64,000 bases of DNA, taken from positions 1,856,001 through 1,920,000 of the forward strand of contig OZ219802.1 in NCBI GenBank assembly GCA_964291655.2, in the 5' to 3' direction. Shown one piece after another: positions 50,013-58,877 of the stretch. A model generated the notes under the pieces. The model saw only the letters and a program-made list of their open reading frames with translations, did not search any database and was not told the DNA's origin. How positions within the stretch are numbered: the first letter of the stretch is position 1; each line of letters begins with the position of its first letter. This DNA comes from Chloroflexota bacterium (lineage in GTDB: Bacteria; Chloroflexota; UBA11872; VXOZ01). The translations under genes were made by a program, and so were the position numbers.

Positions 50013-51299
50013 TGTATAGACCTGACACATAGTTTACAGGTGTACGAGGACATACTTTACACATGAGTTGGTATTTCTACACGGGGCAGAGGTCCGCGCA
50101 GGTTCAGCTCTGCTATGTGGTGGGTCATGAACCACACACTCCACACGCCGTCACTGGTGGTTGGTCTCAGGCCGATGTGGCAACCCACAAACGCCTTGCC
50201 GACGCGGAACTCTCGTCCCTGAAAGTTGACCCAACCTTCCGCCATCACCTTGCGCGTCTCGTCGCCGTCGCCATACGTGATCGGGGGGAGTTCCTCGGGG
50301 AAGGAGCGGCGGCTCGGCGCGTAGCGGCTCAGGGGCGTTGCCATGTGGAGGGCCTGGTGCGGTCGTTCCAGGTTGTAGACGTCCCGCCAGCGGTCCAGGG
50401 CCGCTTGGCAGGTCGCGAGGTCGGCGAACCGCCTGCCTTGCAGCGCCTCAGCCTGCAAGGTGCGGTGGAACCGCTCCTCTTTGCCCTGGGTCTGCGGATG
50501 GTAGGGGCGACCATGGCTCACCGACACGCCCAGCCGCAGCAGCCAGACGGTAAGCCTGGTGTACGGGTGCGCGGCATTGCTGCCCCACGGCGACCCGTTG
50601 TCCATCAGCATACGCGCCGGCAGTCCGTAGCGGCGAAAGGCACTCGTCAGACATGCCCGCACCGTGTCTGCCCGCTCGTCCCCACAGGCCCACAGACCCA
50701 CGGCGAAGCGGGAGTGGTCGTCCAAGACGGTGAGCGGGTGGCAGCGCCCGGCGTCCACGGCGAAGTGACCCTTGTAGTCCATCTGCCACAGGTCGTTGGG
50801 ATACGGGTGTTCAAAGCGCTGCCAGTCCCGGTGCGTTCGCTCCACCGGGTCGATGAGATCGTGCCGATGGAGGATGTTGGTGATGGCGCTGGGGCTGGGA
50901 ACCACCGTGTGACCGGCGTTCAGCAGTGCGTGGTGGAGCTTGCGACCGCCCCACGCCGGGTGGCGCTTGCGCAGTTCTACCACGACCGCCTCCACCGCAG
51001 ATGGCGTGCGCCGCGGCGAGTGGTGCGGCCGACGCGAGCGGGACGTGAAGGCCTCTTCCCCCTCTTCGGCGTAACGATGCAGCAAGGCATAGCCAGTGGG
51101 CGGCGAGATCGCAAAGCGTCGACACAACGCGCGTATGTTCGCCCCCGGCGCTCGCGCCAAAGCGACGAATTCGCGCTTAGCATCCACAGCAGTACTCTCC
51201 TTCCAAGGCATGAGGCACCTCCTTCTTTACTCAGAAAGAGTGCCATACTGTGTAAAGTATGTCTGCGCACACCCGTTAAGTATCTCTCTGGTCTATACA
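50013..51299 (-). mobile_element. Second IS481-family element (1287 bp)
   Basis: TGTATAGACC...GGTCTATACA ends; AGAGGG duplicated; in the hairpin arm. Confidence 0.92.
50057..51211 (-). CDS. IS481-family transposase
   Basis: MPWKE, WQMDYKG, LDDHSR, MDNG, HPQTQGKEERFH. Confidence 0.93.
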   Translation of the reverse strand: MPWKESTAVDAKREFVALARAPGANIRALCRRFAISPPTGYALLHRYAEEGEEAFTSRSRRPHHSPRRTPSAVEAVVVELRKRHPAWGGRKLHHALLNAGHTVVPSPSAITNILHRHDLIDPVERTHRDWQRFEHPYPNDLWQMDYKGHFAVDAGRCHPLTVLDDHSRFAVGLWACGDERADTVRACLTSAFRRYGLPARMLMDNGSPWGSNAAHPYTRLTVWLLRLGVSVSHGRPYHPQTQGKEERFHRTLQAEALQGRRFADLATCQAALDRWRDVYNLERPHQALHMATPLSRYAPSRRSFPEELPPITYGDGDETRKVMAEGWVNFQGREFRVGKAFVGCHIGLRPTTSDGVWSVWFMTHHIAELNLRGPLPRVEIPTHV

Positions 51300-51707
51300 A
51301 GAGGGTCGGGGTGAGGGGGTTATTTGCTACAATGGCCCTTTGCGTTGTGCAGCGTCAAGATGTATCAGAGTAGAATCGGTATGCATGTGGTGAGATTTCA
51401 GGAGATTCACCCTTACCCCCGTATCACGTACGGCGCAGGCTCTCGCCCTCTCCCGCCGAGAAAAACTTAGCGTAACTCCGTCATTCCGGCGAACGCCGGA
51501 ATCCAGAGCGCCCTTACAACTAAAGCTAGCATGATGTCAGGTCATTTCACCCCCATCCCAACCTTTCCCCTCAAAGGTGAAGGGTTATGCAAGAGTCTCC
51601 GTCGAGGGAGAGGGAACTCACTCGCATCCGTTAGGTTTCGCAGAGGGTCTCCTGGGCGAGAGGACTAGAGTAAAAGCGAATCATCAATTGCCAATGGAAA
51701 ATCTAGC

Positions 51708-52751
51708 GTGAGCAGTGAACACTTTATGCGTAACGCAGGCCGCCAAAAGCGGGGCAACCGCGAGGTGCGCGAATCCGACGCACAGTCGGCAAATATTACC
51801 GCGCCAGAAAGTACCATCGCGGCTCCAGACTCGCCTTTGTCCGCCGACACGCGGCCCGCAACAGCCCAAGGTTCAGTGATCTCCGTTGCCGGCGCGCTGC
51901 TGCGTTCCACCCGTCCCCAGCAGTGGGTCAAGAATGTTCTCGTCTTTGCGGGTGTCATCTTTTCCCAGCAACTCACAGACGCCGATGCTGTGCAGTCCAG
52001 CGTGCTGACGTTCGGTCTCTTCGTGCTCGCGAGCGGCGGCATCTATCTCGTAAACGACATGCTCGATCTGGAAGCAGACCGCGCGCATCCGCTGAAACGG
52101 CGGCGTCCGCTGGCGGCGGGAGAAGTGCCGCTGCGCGCCGCCGTGGTCGCCGCCGTCGTCCTGCTGGGCGGCGCACTCATCGGTGCCTTCTTCATGCAGC
52201 TTGCGCTCGGGGCGATCCTGGCGCTCTATGTCGGCATGAATCTCGCCTACAGCGCGTGGTTGAAACACGTGATATTGCTGGACGTGTGCATAATTGCGTC
52301 CGGCTTCCTGCTGCGGGCAGCCGCGGGCGTCGTGGCCGTGCTTACGCCCATTTCACCTTGGCTCTACCTCTGCACGCTGCTGGCGGCACTGCTGATCATT
52401 CTGGGCAAGCGTCGCAGCGAACTGGCGCTGCTTGGCACTCAGGCCGCGGCCCACCGCCGCAATCTGGCGCGCTACACTACGGCGTCGCTCGACCGCTGGC
52501 TGAAACGCGTCGCCGTGACGACCGCAGCCGCGTATGTGCTCTATACGCTCTTTTCGCCCGCCACGTTCGGCAATCCGAAACTCATCGCCACGGTGCCCTT
52601 CGTCGTCTTCGGCTTGGTTCGCTACCTGCGCATAGCACGCGCGCCCGGCGGAGCCGAAAGCCCCGAGGCGCTGCTGGTCCGCGATCCCTGGCTGCTCGCC
52701 AGCGTCGTCCTCTGGGGCGCCACCGTGCTCGTGCTTTTGTATTTCGTATAG
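51708..52751 (+). CDS. UbiA-family decaprenyl-phosphate phosphoribosyltransferase
   Basis: RPQQWVKN, YLVND..D..ADRAHPLKRRRPLAAG, LKHV..LDV, GKRRSE. Confidence 0.88.
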   Translation: MSSEHFMRNAGRQKRGNREVRESDAQSANITAPESTIAAPDSPLSADTRPATAQGSVISVAGALLRSTRPQQWVKNVLVFAGVIFSQQLTDADAVQSSVLTFGLFVLASGGIYLVNDMLDLEADRAHPLKRRRPLAAGEVPLRAAVVAAVVLLGGALIGAFFMQLALGAILALYVGMNLAYSAWLKHVILLDVCIIASGFLLRAAAGVVAVLTPISPWLYLCTLLAALLIILGKRRSELALLGTQAAAHRRNLARYTTASLDRWLKRVAVTTAAAYVLYTLFSPATFGNPKLIATVPFVVFGLVRYLRIARAPGGAESPEALLVRDPWLLASVVLWGATVLVLLYFV

Positions 52752-53342
52752 GCCCCACTTGGCGCCTCTGTCGCTGTTGGCATGTCAAACTTGAATCCCC
52801 TAGGACTCACTGAGTGACAAGCGGAGGGTTTCCCCGCAAGGTAGCAGCTCAGCACACGGTAGAGTAAAGCCGCAAAGTGCCGTCATTTGTATGTTGAAAA
52901 TGGCGGACATATGAGCGAATGTACGTGGGTAACGCAAGGGGCGCGTTGTCCGTCATTCCCAAGCTAGGGGCGCGTTGTCCGTCATTCCCGCGCACGCGGG
53001 AATCCATCTTCTCCGGGGCATGTCAAAGAAGATCAGAATTGAGACGTGTAGCGCGGGGGCTTGTCCCCCGCTCTTTGCGCAAGAATCACGCACATGGCCC
53101 GACTTTCCCCAGCTAATCAAGGGATCGAGAAGCCTTGTGCCGGGAAATTGTGTTGCCGCTCCACTTTCGTCCTGTTCAGCAGAGAAACTCGACAGCGACG
53201 TGACGCCAATACCGACTGCAGTCCGTCATTCTCCTCCGGGGACAAAGACTTCACGCGCCAACTTCTTTGCTTCAACAGCCCAGGAGCGTATCCTTCGTGG
53301 CACAATTACAGTGACCCCGAATCCAATAGGACTATCGCACCC

Positions 53343-53735
53343 ATGACCACAACTGCTGAGACACCCGCCGCCATCCTGGAGCACCAGACCGCCGCCTGGA
53401 ACGCCGCGGACGTTGACGGCATTCTGCACGACTTCGCGCCGGATGCCGTGCTTACCAACGCCTCCGGCCAGACGCTCAGCGGCACCCCCGCCATTCGCCA
53501 GTCGCTCACGGCCTTCTTCAGCGCCTTCGCCCAGGTCCGCCTCACGGTGCGCGCGCTCGTCGCCCAGGGCGAAACCGCCGCCTGCGAGTGGGAGTTCTCC
53601 TGCCGCCACCGCCTCACCGGCAACGCCGCCCGCCTCCCCGCCAGTGTGTTTATCACCTGCAAGAACGGCAAAATCACCGAATGGCGCGAATACTACGACA
53701 CCGCCCAGTTCAAAGCGCAATTGGGACAAGGCTGA
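53343..53735 (+). CDS. SnoaL/NTF2-like protein
   Basis: AWNAADVD..FAPDA, GKITEWREYYD. Confidence 0.8.
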   Translation: MTTTAETPAAILEHQTAAWNAADVDGILHDFAPDAVLTNASGQTLSGTPAIRQSLTAFFSAFAQVRLTVRALVAQGETAACEWEFSCRHRLTGNAARLPASVFITCKNGKITEWREYYDTAQFKAQLGQG

Positions 53736-53991
53736 TACTGAGGCATCGATGTTGGCTGTGAGTAATTCTCGCTGCTCATCCAATCTCGGAGCATTTGTGC
53801 TCTTGCAAACCGTCCGCAGACTAAGAACCATCTCCTGTTCATGTGACAAGGATGTGTTGGATAGCTTAGATAGCAGCGCCTTTACGGATGAAGAAGCTGA
53901 ACCGCCTTTTCCGCAGTGGCGCGCTCAGTTTCGACCGGCACAATTGCGGTTCTTGCCTTACCCGCGATAGGCTATCGGTAAGGAGGAGATC

Positions 53992-54105
53992 ATGATAGTC
54001 AAGGTCACTGCCAAACGCCAGGTAACCTTTCCCAAACACGTTCTGGATGCCATGGGCGTAGGACCCGGCGACCGGCTTGAGTTGCTGGAGGGCCCTGATG
54101 ATTGA
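53992..54105 (+). pseudogene. Truncated AbrB/MazE-family antitoxin
   Basis: AAGGAGGAG RBS; MIVKVTAKRQVTFPKHVLDAMGVGPGDRLE; stops after 37 aa; not in the ORF track. Confidence 0.7.
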
Positions 54106-54168
54106 CCCGCGCAACCAGACGCTCAAGAGGCTGCCCGCTGTGCGTCTCAAAGTTCTCTTGAAGAGTCC

Positions 54169-54789
54169 ATGAGTGCGACGCAACGAAAGATATCCGACGC
54201 CGCGGTGCGGAAGGCGACCGGCAAGGGCTGGGACGAGTGGTTCGTGCTGCTCGATGGCGAGGGGGCGGAGGCGCTGCCGCACAAGCAGATTGCGCGCCTG
54301 CTGTACGACAAGGGCTACATCACGAGCGGCTGGTGGTGCCAGATGGTCACCGTGGAATACGAGCGCGCCCGGGGCAAGCGGGTGCTCGGCGGTACGGAGA
54401 AGGCCGAATTCCAGATCGGCGTGCAGAAGTCGCTGCCGCTCTCGCCGGAGCACGCCTGGGACCTCATCACGCAGCCGGAAGGGCTCGCCCTGTGGCTCGG
54501 CACTGCCCCTGACCTGCGCTGGGAAAAGGGCGCGGCATACGCTACGGCAGAGGGCACGCGCGGCGAGGTCCGCAGCTTCACGCCGGAAAAGCACCTGCGC
54601 TTGACCTGGCAGCCGCCGGACTTTCCCGCTCCCTCTACCTTACAAGTCTCTCTGGAGCCGAGCGGCACAAAGACCGCCGTTCGCTTTCATCAAGAGAAGC
54701 TCGCCAACGCCGAGGCACGCGAGCAGATGCGGACGCACTGGCGGGAGGTTCTGCAGAAGCTGGCGGAGCTTGTGGAAGCTCGCAAATGA
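54169..54789 (+). CDS. SRPBCC/AHSA1-domain protein
   Basis: AVRKATGKGWDEWF N-domain; LRLTW, VRFHQE, MRTHW. Confidence 0.8.
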   Translation: MSATQRKISDAAVRKATGKGWDEWFVLLDGEGAEALPHKQIARLLYDKGYITSGWWCQMVTVEYERARGKRVLGGTEKAEFQIGVQKSLPLSPEHAWDLITQPEGLALWLGTAPDLRWEKGAAYATAEGTRGEVRSFTPEKHLRLTWQPPDFPAPSTLQVSLEPSGTKTAVRFHQEKLANAEAREQMRTHWREVLQKLAELVEARK

Positions 54790-55060
54790 ATGCGCCGCAG
54801 TGTGGCACACGCGCCACGCATCACGACAAGTAATCCTTTAGGGATTCTCCCGCGAGATCCCAACCTAATTCAGGGGAAGAACCAAGATCGAGCGGAAAGA
54901 GGAACTTGACGACGCGTTCGCAGTGATCGAGACCTACACCCCCTGGATTCCGGCTTGCGCCGGAATGACGGTAAGTTCATCACCCTGCGCCGCAAGAGCA
55001 CGCATTACGTGACCGCCATTGCGACTCATTTCTCGCGTTCCGCCGGGTGAAGCTTCCGGC

Positions 55061-57055
55061 CTATACCGCGTCGGAGACGGCATCGGGTTGCTGTGCAACC
55101 CGTTCCTGGTGGACGTGCGGGGGCAGCTTGCTGGGGGCGGCTACGTAGCGGGCGGCGTTCACCACCACCGCCACTGAGCCGAGGTTATGTGTCAGCGCGG
55201 CAGCGATAGGGCCGAGCACTCCGGTCGCCGCCAAGGCGATACCGGCGAGGTTCCAGACCAGCGCGAAAAGGAGATTCTGCTTGATGCCGCGCAGGGTCAT
55301 CTGGCTGATGGCAATCGCTGTGGGCAGTTGGCCGATGTCGCCGCGCATCAGGGCGATGTCGGCGGTTTCCGCCGCTACCGCCGTGCCGGTGCCGCCCATC
55401 ACAATGCCGAGATCGGCAGCCGCCAGCGCCGGGGCATCGTTCACGCCGTCGCCGGCCATTGCTACCCGTCTGCCGTCGTCCCGTGCGCCCCGTATCCATT
55501 CAACCTTGCCTTGCGGCAGCAAGCGGGCGTGCCAATCGTCGATGCCCACGGTCTCTGCCAGGCGCTTTGCCTCTGGCTGACGGTCGCCGGTGAGCATCAC
55601 AACCTGCCGGATGCCAAGCGCGTGGAGGTGCTCGATTGCTTGCGCCGCCGCCGGTCGCACGGTATCGGCAAACTGTATCCAGCCGCAAAAAGCTCCTTCC
55701 ACAGCAACTAACAGCAAGCTGCCGTCATGCGGTGCGGCCTCCTGCGGCGGCACGCCCGCGACGCCGTTCTCGCGGAGAAGTTCTCCGGTGCCGACCAGGA
55801 CGTGCTGTTGCCCGACGCGTCCTTCCACCCCTCTGCCCGGATACGCGCGAAAGTCTGTTGCAGACGGCAGATCGAGGGTTTGTGCAGCGGCATGACTCAC
55901 GAGCGCTTTGCCGAGCGGGTGTTCGGAATAGCGTTCCACCGCCGCCGCGAGCGTAAGCAGAGTCTCCGCCGCCATGCCCTCAGCCGGGATAACCTGCTGT
56001 ACCACGGGCGTGCCGAGGGTGAGCGTCCCGGTCTTGTCCACTGCTACGGTATCCACAGCGCCGGCGGCCTCGAAGCGGGCGCCGCCCTTGATGAGAATGC
56101 CCTGCCGCGCCGCGTTCGCTACCCCGGCGACAATAGCGGTAGGCGTCGCCAGGACCAGCGCGCACGGGCAGGCGATGATCAACACCGCCAGCGCCGCGCT
56201 GAGATTACCGGAAATCAGCCACGTGGCGCTGGAGACCAGCAGAATGGCAGGCGTAAAGTACTTGGCGTAGCGATCCGCCGCGCGCACGATCGGGGCGCGC
56301 TCCTCTTCAAGGGCGTCCAGCAGCCGTCCAATCTGCCCCACATACGCATTCTCACCCACCGCTTCCGTGCGAATCGTAAGCGCGCCGTCCTGGTTCAACG
56401 TACCCGCATACACGCGGTGCCCCGGCTCCTTGTGCACAGGGAGCGATTCACCGGTGACCAGCGTCTCGTCAACTGCCGCCGTGCCCGCAATTACCACGCC
56501 GTCCACCGGCAGGCGCTCACCCGGCTTCACCAGCACCCTGTCGCCTGGCTGCAAAGCGTCCGTGCTGACCTCTTCAATCTCGTCGCCCTCCAGGCGATGG
56601 GCATGCTCGGGCTGGAGCTCGGCCAAGTGTTCCAGCGCCGCCGTGGCGCGCTGGCTGGTGGCCTCCTCGAGCAGCTGGCCGAAGATCATCATGAAGACCA
56701 CGAGTCCGGCGGAGAGGTACTCACCGACCAGCACCGAGGCGATGACGGCAATGCTCACGAGTTCATCCACGTTCACCTGCCGCTGCCGCATGCCCTGCAG
56801 CGCACCCCACACGATGCCAGTTCCGCCAATAACAACCGCCGCCAGCGCCAAGCCCACGGCCAGGTAGGACTGGCCTTCCGGCACCAGTGATATCGTCAGT
56901 GTCTGGCCCAGATGGAAGTGCTGTGCAGCTCCTCCCTCGCTCGTGAAGGAGACCAGCCAGGCGGCGAGAATCAAGACACCCGTCGCCGCTACGGTGCGAA
57001 AGTGCGACGACCGCACCACGGGGCCGTATGTCTGCCAGAGATTGGAGAAAGGCAT
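55061..57055 (-). CDS. P1B-type heavy-metal-translocating ATPase
   Basis: TGES, CPC, DKTGTLT, SEHP, MLTGD, GDGVNDAPALA. Confidence 0.92.
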   Translation of the reverse strand: MPFSNLWQTYGPVVRSSHFRTVAATGVLILAAWLVSFTSEGGAAQHFHLGQTLTISLVPEGQSYLAVGLALAAVVIGGTGIVWGALQGMRQRQVNVDELVSIAVIASVLVGEYLSAGLVVFMMIFGQLLEEATSQRATAALEHLAELQPEHAHRLEGDEIEEVSTDALQPGDRVLVKPGERLPVDGVVIAGTAAVDETLVTGESLPVHKEPGHRVYAGTLNQDGALTIRTEAVGENAYVGQIGRLLDALEEERAPIVRAADRYAKYFTPAILLVSSATWLISGNLSAALAVLIIACPCALVLATPTAIVAGVANAARQGILIKGGARFEAAGAVDTVAVDKTGTLTLGTPVVQQVIPAEGMAAETLLTLAAAVERYSEHPLGKALVSHAAAQTLDLPSATDFRAYPGRGVEGRVGQQHVLVGTGELLRENGVAGVPPQEAAPHDGSLLLVAVEGAFCGWIQFADTVRPAAAQAIEHLHALGIRQVVMLTGDRQPEAKRLAETVGIDDWHARLLPQGKVEWIRGARDDGRRVAMAGDGVNDAPALAAADLGIVMGGTGTAVAAETADIALMRGDIGQLPTAIAISQMTLRGIKQNLLFALVWNLAGIALAATGVLGPIAAALTHNLGSVAVVVNAARYVAAPSKLPPHVHQERVAQQPDAVSDAV

Positions 57056-57300
57056 CGTCTACACCTGCTGAATTCTATTCACGCGCATCACAGTCAGCCT
57101 GGGACGCCGGTTTTGCAGCCGCGGAGTCGAAACAAGGCTATCCTGAAATGGCGATTGACCTTCGGTACGGCCGCGGCACAAAGCGACTGCTTCTCTACAG
57201 CCAATAGACTATATGGAATCTGGGGGCGCACGCAATCCCTGCCCTGCAAACGGCCTCATCCACTGCCGATCCTTGTCAGACATTCTACACCGGTGCACTT

Positions 57301-57329
57301 TTGACATGCGCGGCCAACATCGCTATACT
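57301..57329 (+). promoter_or_regulatory. Sigma70-type promoter for pheST
   Basis: TTGACA-17 bp-TATACT. Confidence 0.8.
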
Positions 57330-57335
57330 ATTGTC

Positions 57336-57533
57336 TTGCAAAGTAGCATAGCCCTTGCTTTAGGGGCATTTCCCAACAATACCTGTGGCGAGGGGCAATT
57401 AATTTATCCGTGGGCGTGGCAGTTTACGGGCCCGGAGAGCCGGGCAAAGTCTAGGCGAACCACGGAGACGTAGCCTAGCAGATCACCCGCCTTTCCGGCT
57501 GAACAGAAAGTGTTTACCCGCTTTCTGTTTTTT
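57336..57533 (+). ncRNA. Candidate structured leader/attenuator RNA
   Basis: Several complementary segments, a possible pseudoknot, and an intrinsic terminator before pheS. Confidence 0.5.
57502..57533 (+). terminator. Intrinsic terminator in the pheS leader
   Basis: AACAGAAAGTG-TTTACC-CGCTTTCTGTT followed by a T run. Confidence 0.75.
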
Positions 57534-57583
57534 GTTTGTGAAACGCAGCATTACTATATCTTGAAACGTAGGAACGGCAACCG

Positions 57584-58654
57584 ATGGCAGACGAGACGAC
57601 GGCAGCGGACATCGTAGCGCAACTTGAAGCGCTGGAGCGCGAAGCGCAGGCGCAACTCGCGGAGTGCGCCGCGGAGGCAGACCTGAGTGATTGGCGTACC
57701 ACGTACCTGGGCCGCAGCGGCAAAGTTACCCAACTCTTACGCGGTCTGGGCGGCCTGCCTAAAGAGGAACGCCCCCGCGTAGGCCAACTCGCCAACACGG
57801 TGAAGGGTCGGCTGGCGGAGGCGTTGGAGGCGCAGCAGGCGCTGCTCAAGCGCGGCCAGCACGCCGAAACCCTAAAGTCAGAGGCCCTTGACGTCACGCT
57901 CCCCGGCGATCCGGTACGCATGGGACAGCTCCATCCCACCACACAGGTGCTCAACGCGATTCTGGGCATCTTCGAGCGCATGGGGTTCCAGGTGGTGGAG
58001 GGGCCTGAGGTGGAGTGGGACCACTATAACTTCGCGATGCTCAATATTCCCTCCGACCATCCCGCCCGCGATATGTGGGATACGTTCTACGTGGATGCGG
58101 ATGCAACCAAGAACTTCGGCTCCATGCTGCTGCGCACGCACACCTCGCCGGTGCAAATTCGCGTAATGGAAAACACGCCGCCGCCTGTGCGCATCGTGGC
58201 GCCGGGGCGCGTCTATCGCAACGAGGCTACCGACGCCAGCCACGAAGCAATCTTCTACCAAGTGGAAGGTCTCGCCGTGGACGAGCGGACGAACATGGGG
58301 GACCTGAAAGGCGTGCTCACGGCATTCGCACGCGACCTCTTCGGCGTCAATACGCGCGTGCGCTTCAATTGCTCATACTTTCCGTTTGTAGAGCCGGGAG
58401 CGGAAGTATCCATTAGCTGCCACGTTTGCGGCGGTGACGGTTGCCGCGTCTGCAAGCATACCGGCTGGCTGGAGATTCTCGGCTGCGGCATGGTGCACCC
58501 GAACGTGCTCGAGGCCGTAAACTACGATCCCGCCCGCTACTCCGGCTTTGCGTTCGGCATGGGCGTTGAGCGCATTGCCATGCTCAAGTACGGCATCGAT
58601 GACATTCGCTACTTCTACAACAACGACATCCGCTTCCTTCAGCAGTTTCGCTGA
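57584..58654 (+). CDS. pheS: Phenylalanyl-tRNA synthetase alpha subunit
   Basis: HPARDMWDTF, LRTHTS, FYQVEG, YFPFVEP, GFAFGMGVER. Confidence 0.97.
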   Translation: MADETTAADIVAQLEALEREAQAQLAECAAEADLSDWRTTYLGRSGKVTQLLRGLGGLPKEERPRVGQLANTVKGRLAEALEAQQALLKRGQHAETLKSEALDVTLPGDPVRMGQLHPTTQVLNAILGIFERMGFQVVEGPEVEWDHYNFAMLNIPSDHPARDMWDTFYVDADATKNFGSMLLRTHTSPVQIRVMENTPPPVRIVAPGRVYRNEATDASHEAIFYQVEGLAVDERTNMGDLKGVLTAFARDLFGVNTRVRFNCSYFPFVEPGAEVSISCHVCGGDGCRVCKHTGWLEILGCGMVHPNVLEAVNYDPARYSGFAFGMGVERIAMLKYGIDDIRYFYNNDIRFLQQFR

Positions 58655-58877
58655 AGTCGTTCAACACTTTCGTTGAGGTCCTGCAACAGATCTGTTGACA
58701 CTATGAAATAGCTGCGTTGACGCAGAATCTGATGTTCTCGATCTTATGCAAAGCGCAACGGCAGCACTGAAAGCAACGTACCCAGCGCCGCGCGCGAGGC
58801 GCACTTTAGTCCGAATACGATAGACGTGGAGAGCAACGTCCGTTGGAGCGGACGCTCCCCGGGAGGTTCTTGATCGC

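Noticed and set aside
57440-57470. T-box antiterminator before pheS
   Set aside because: TAGGCGAACCACGG lacks the UGGN bulge needed to pair with the tRNA NCCA end; no recognisable stem I
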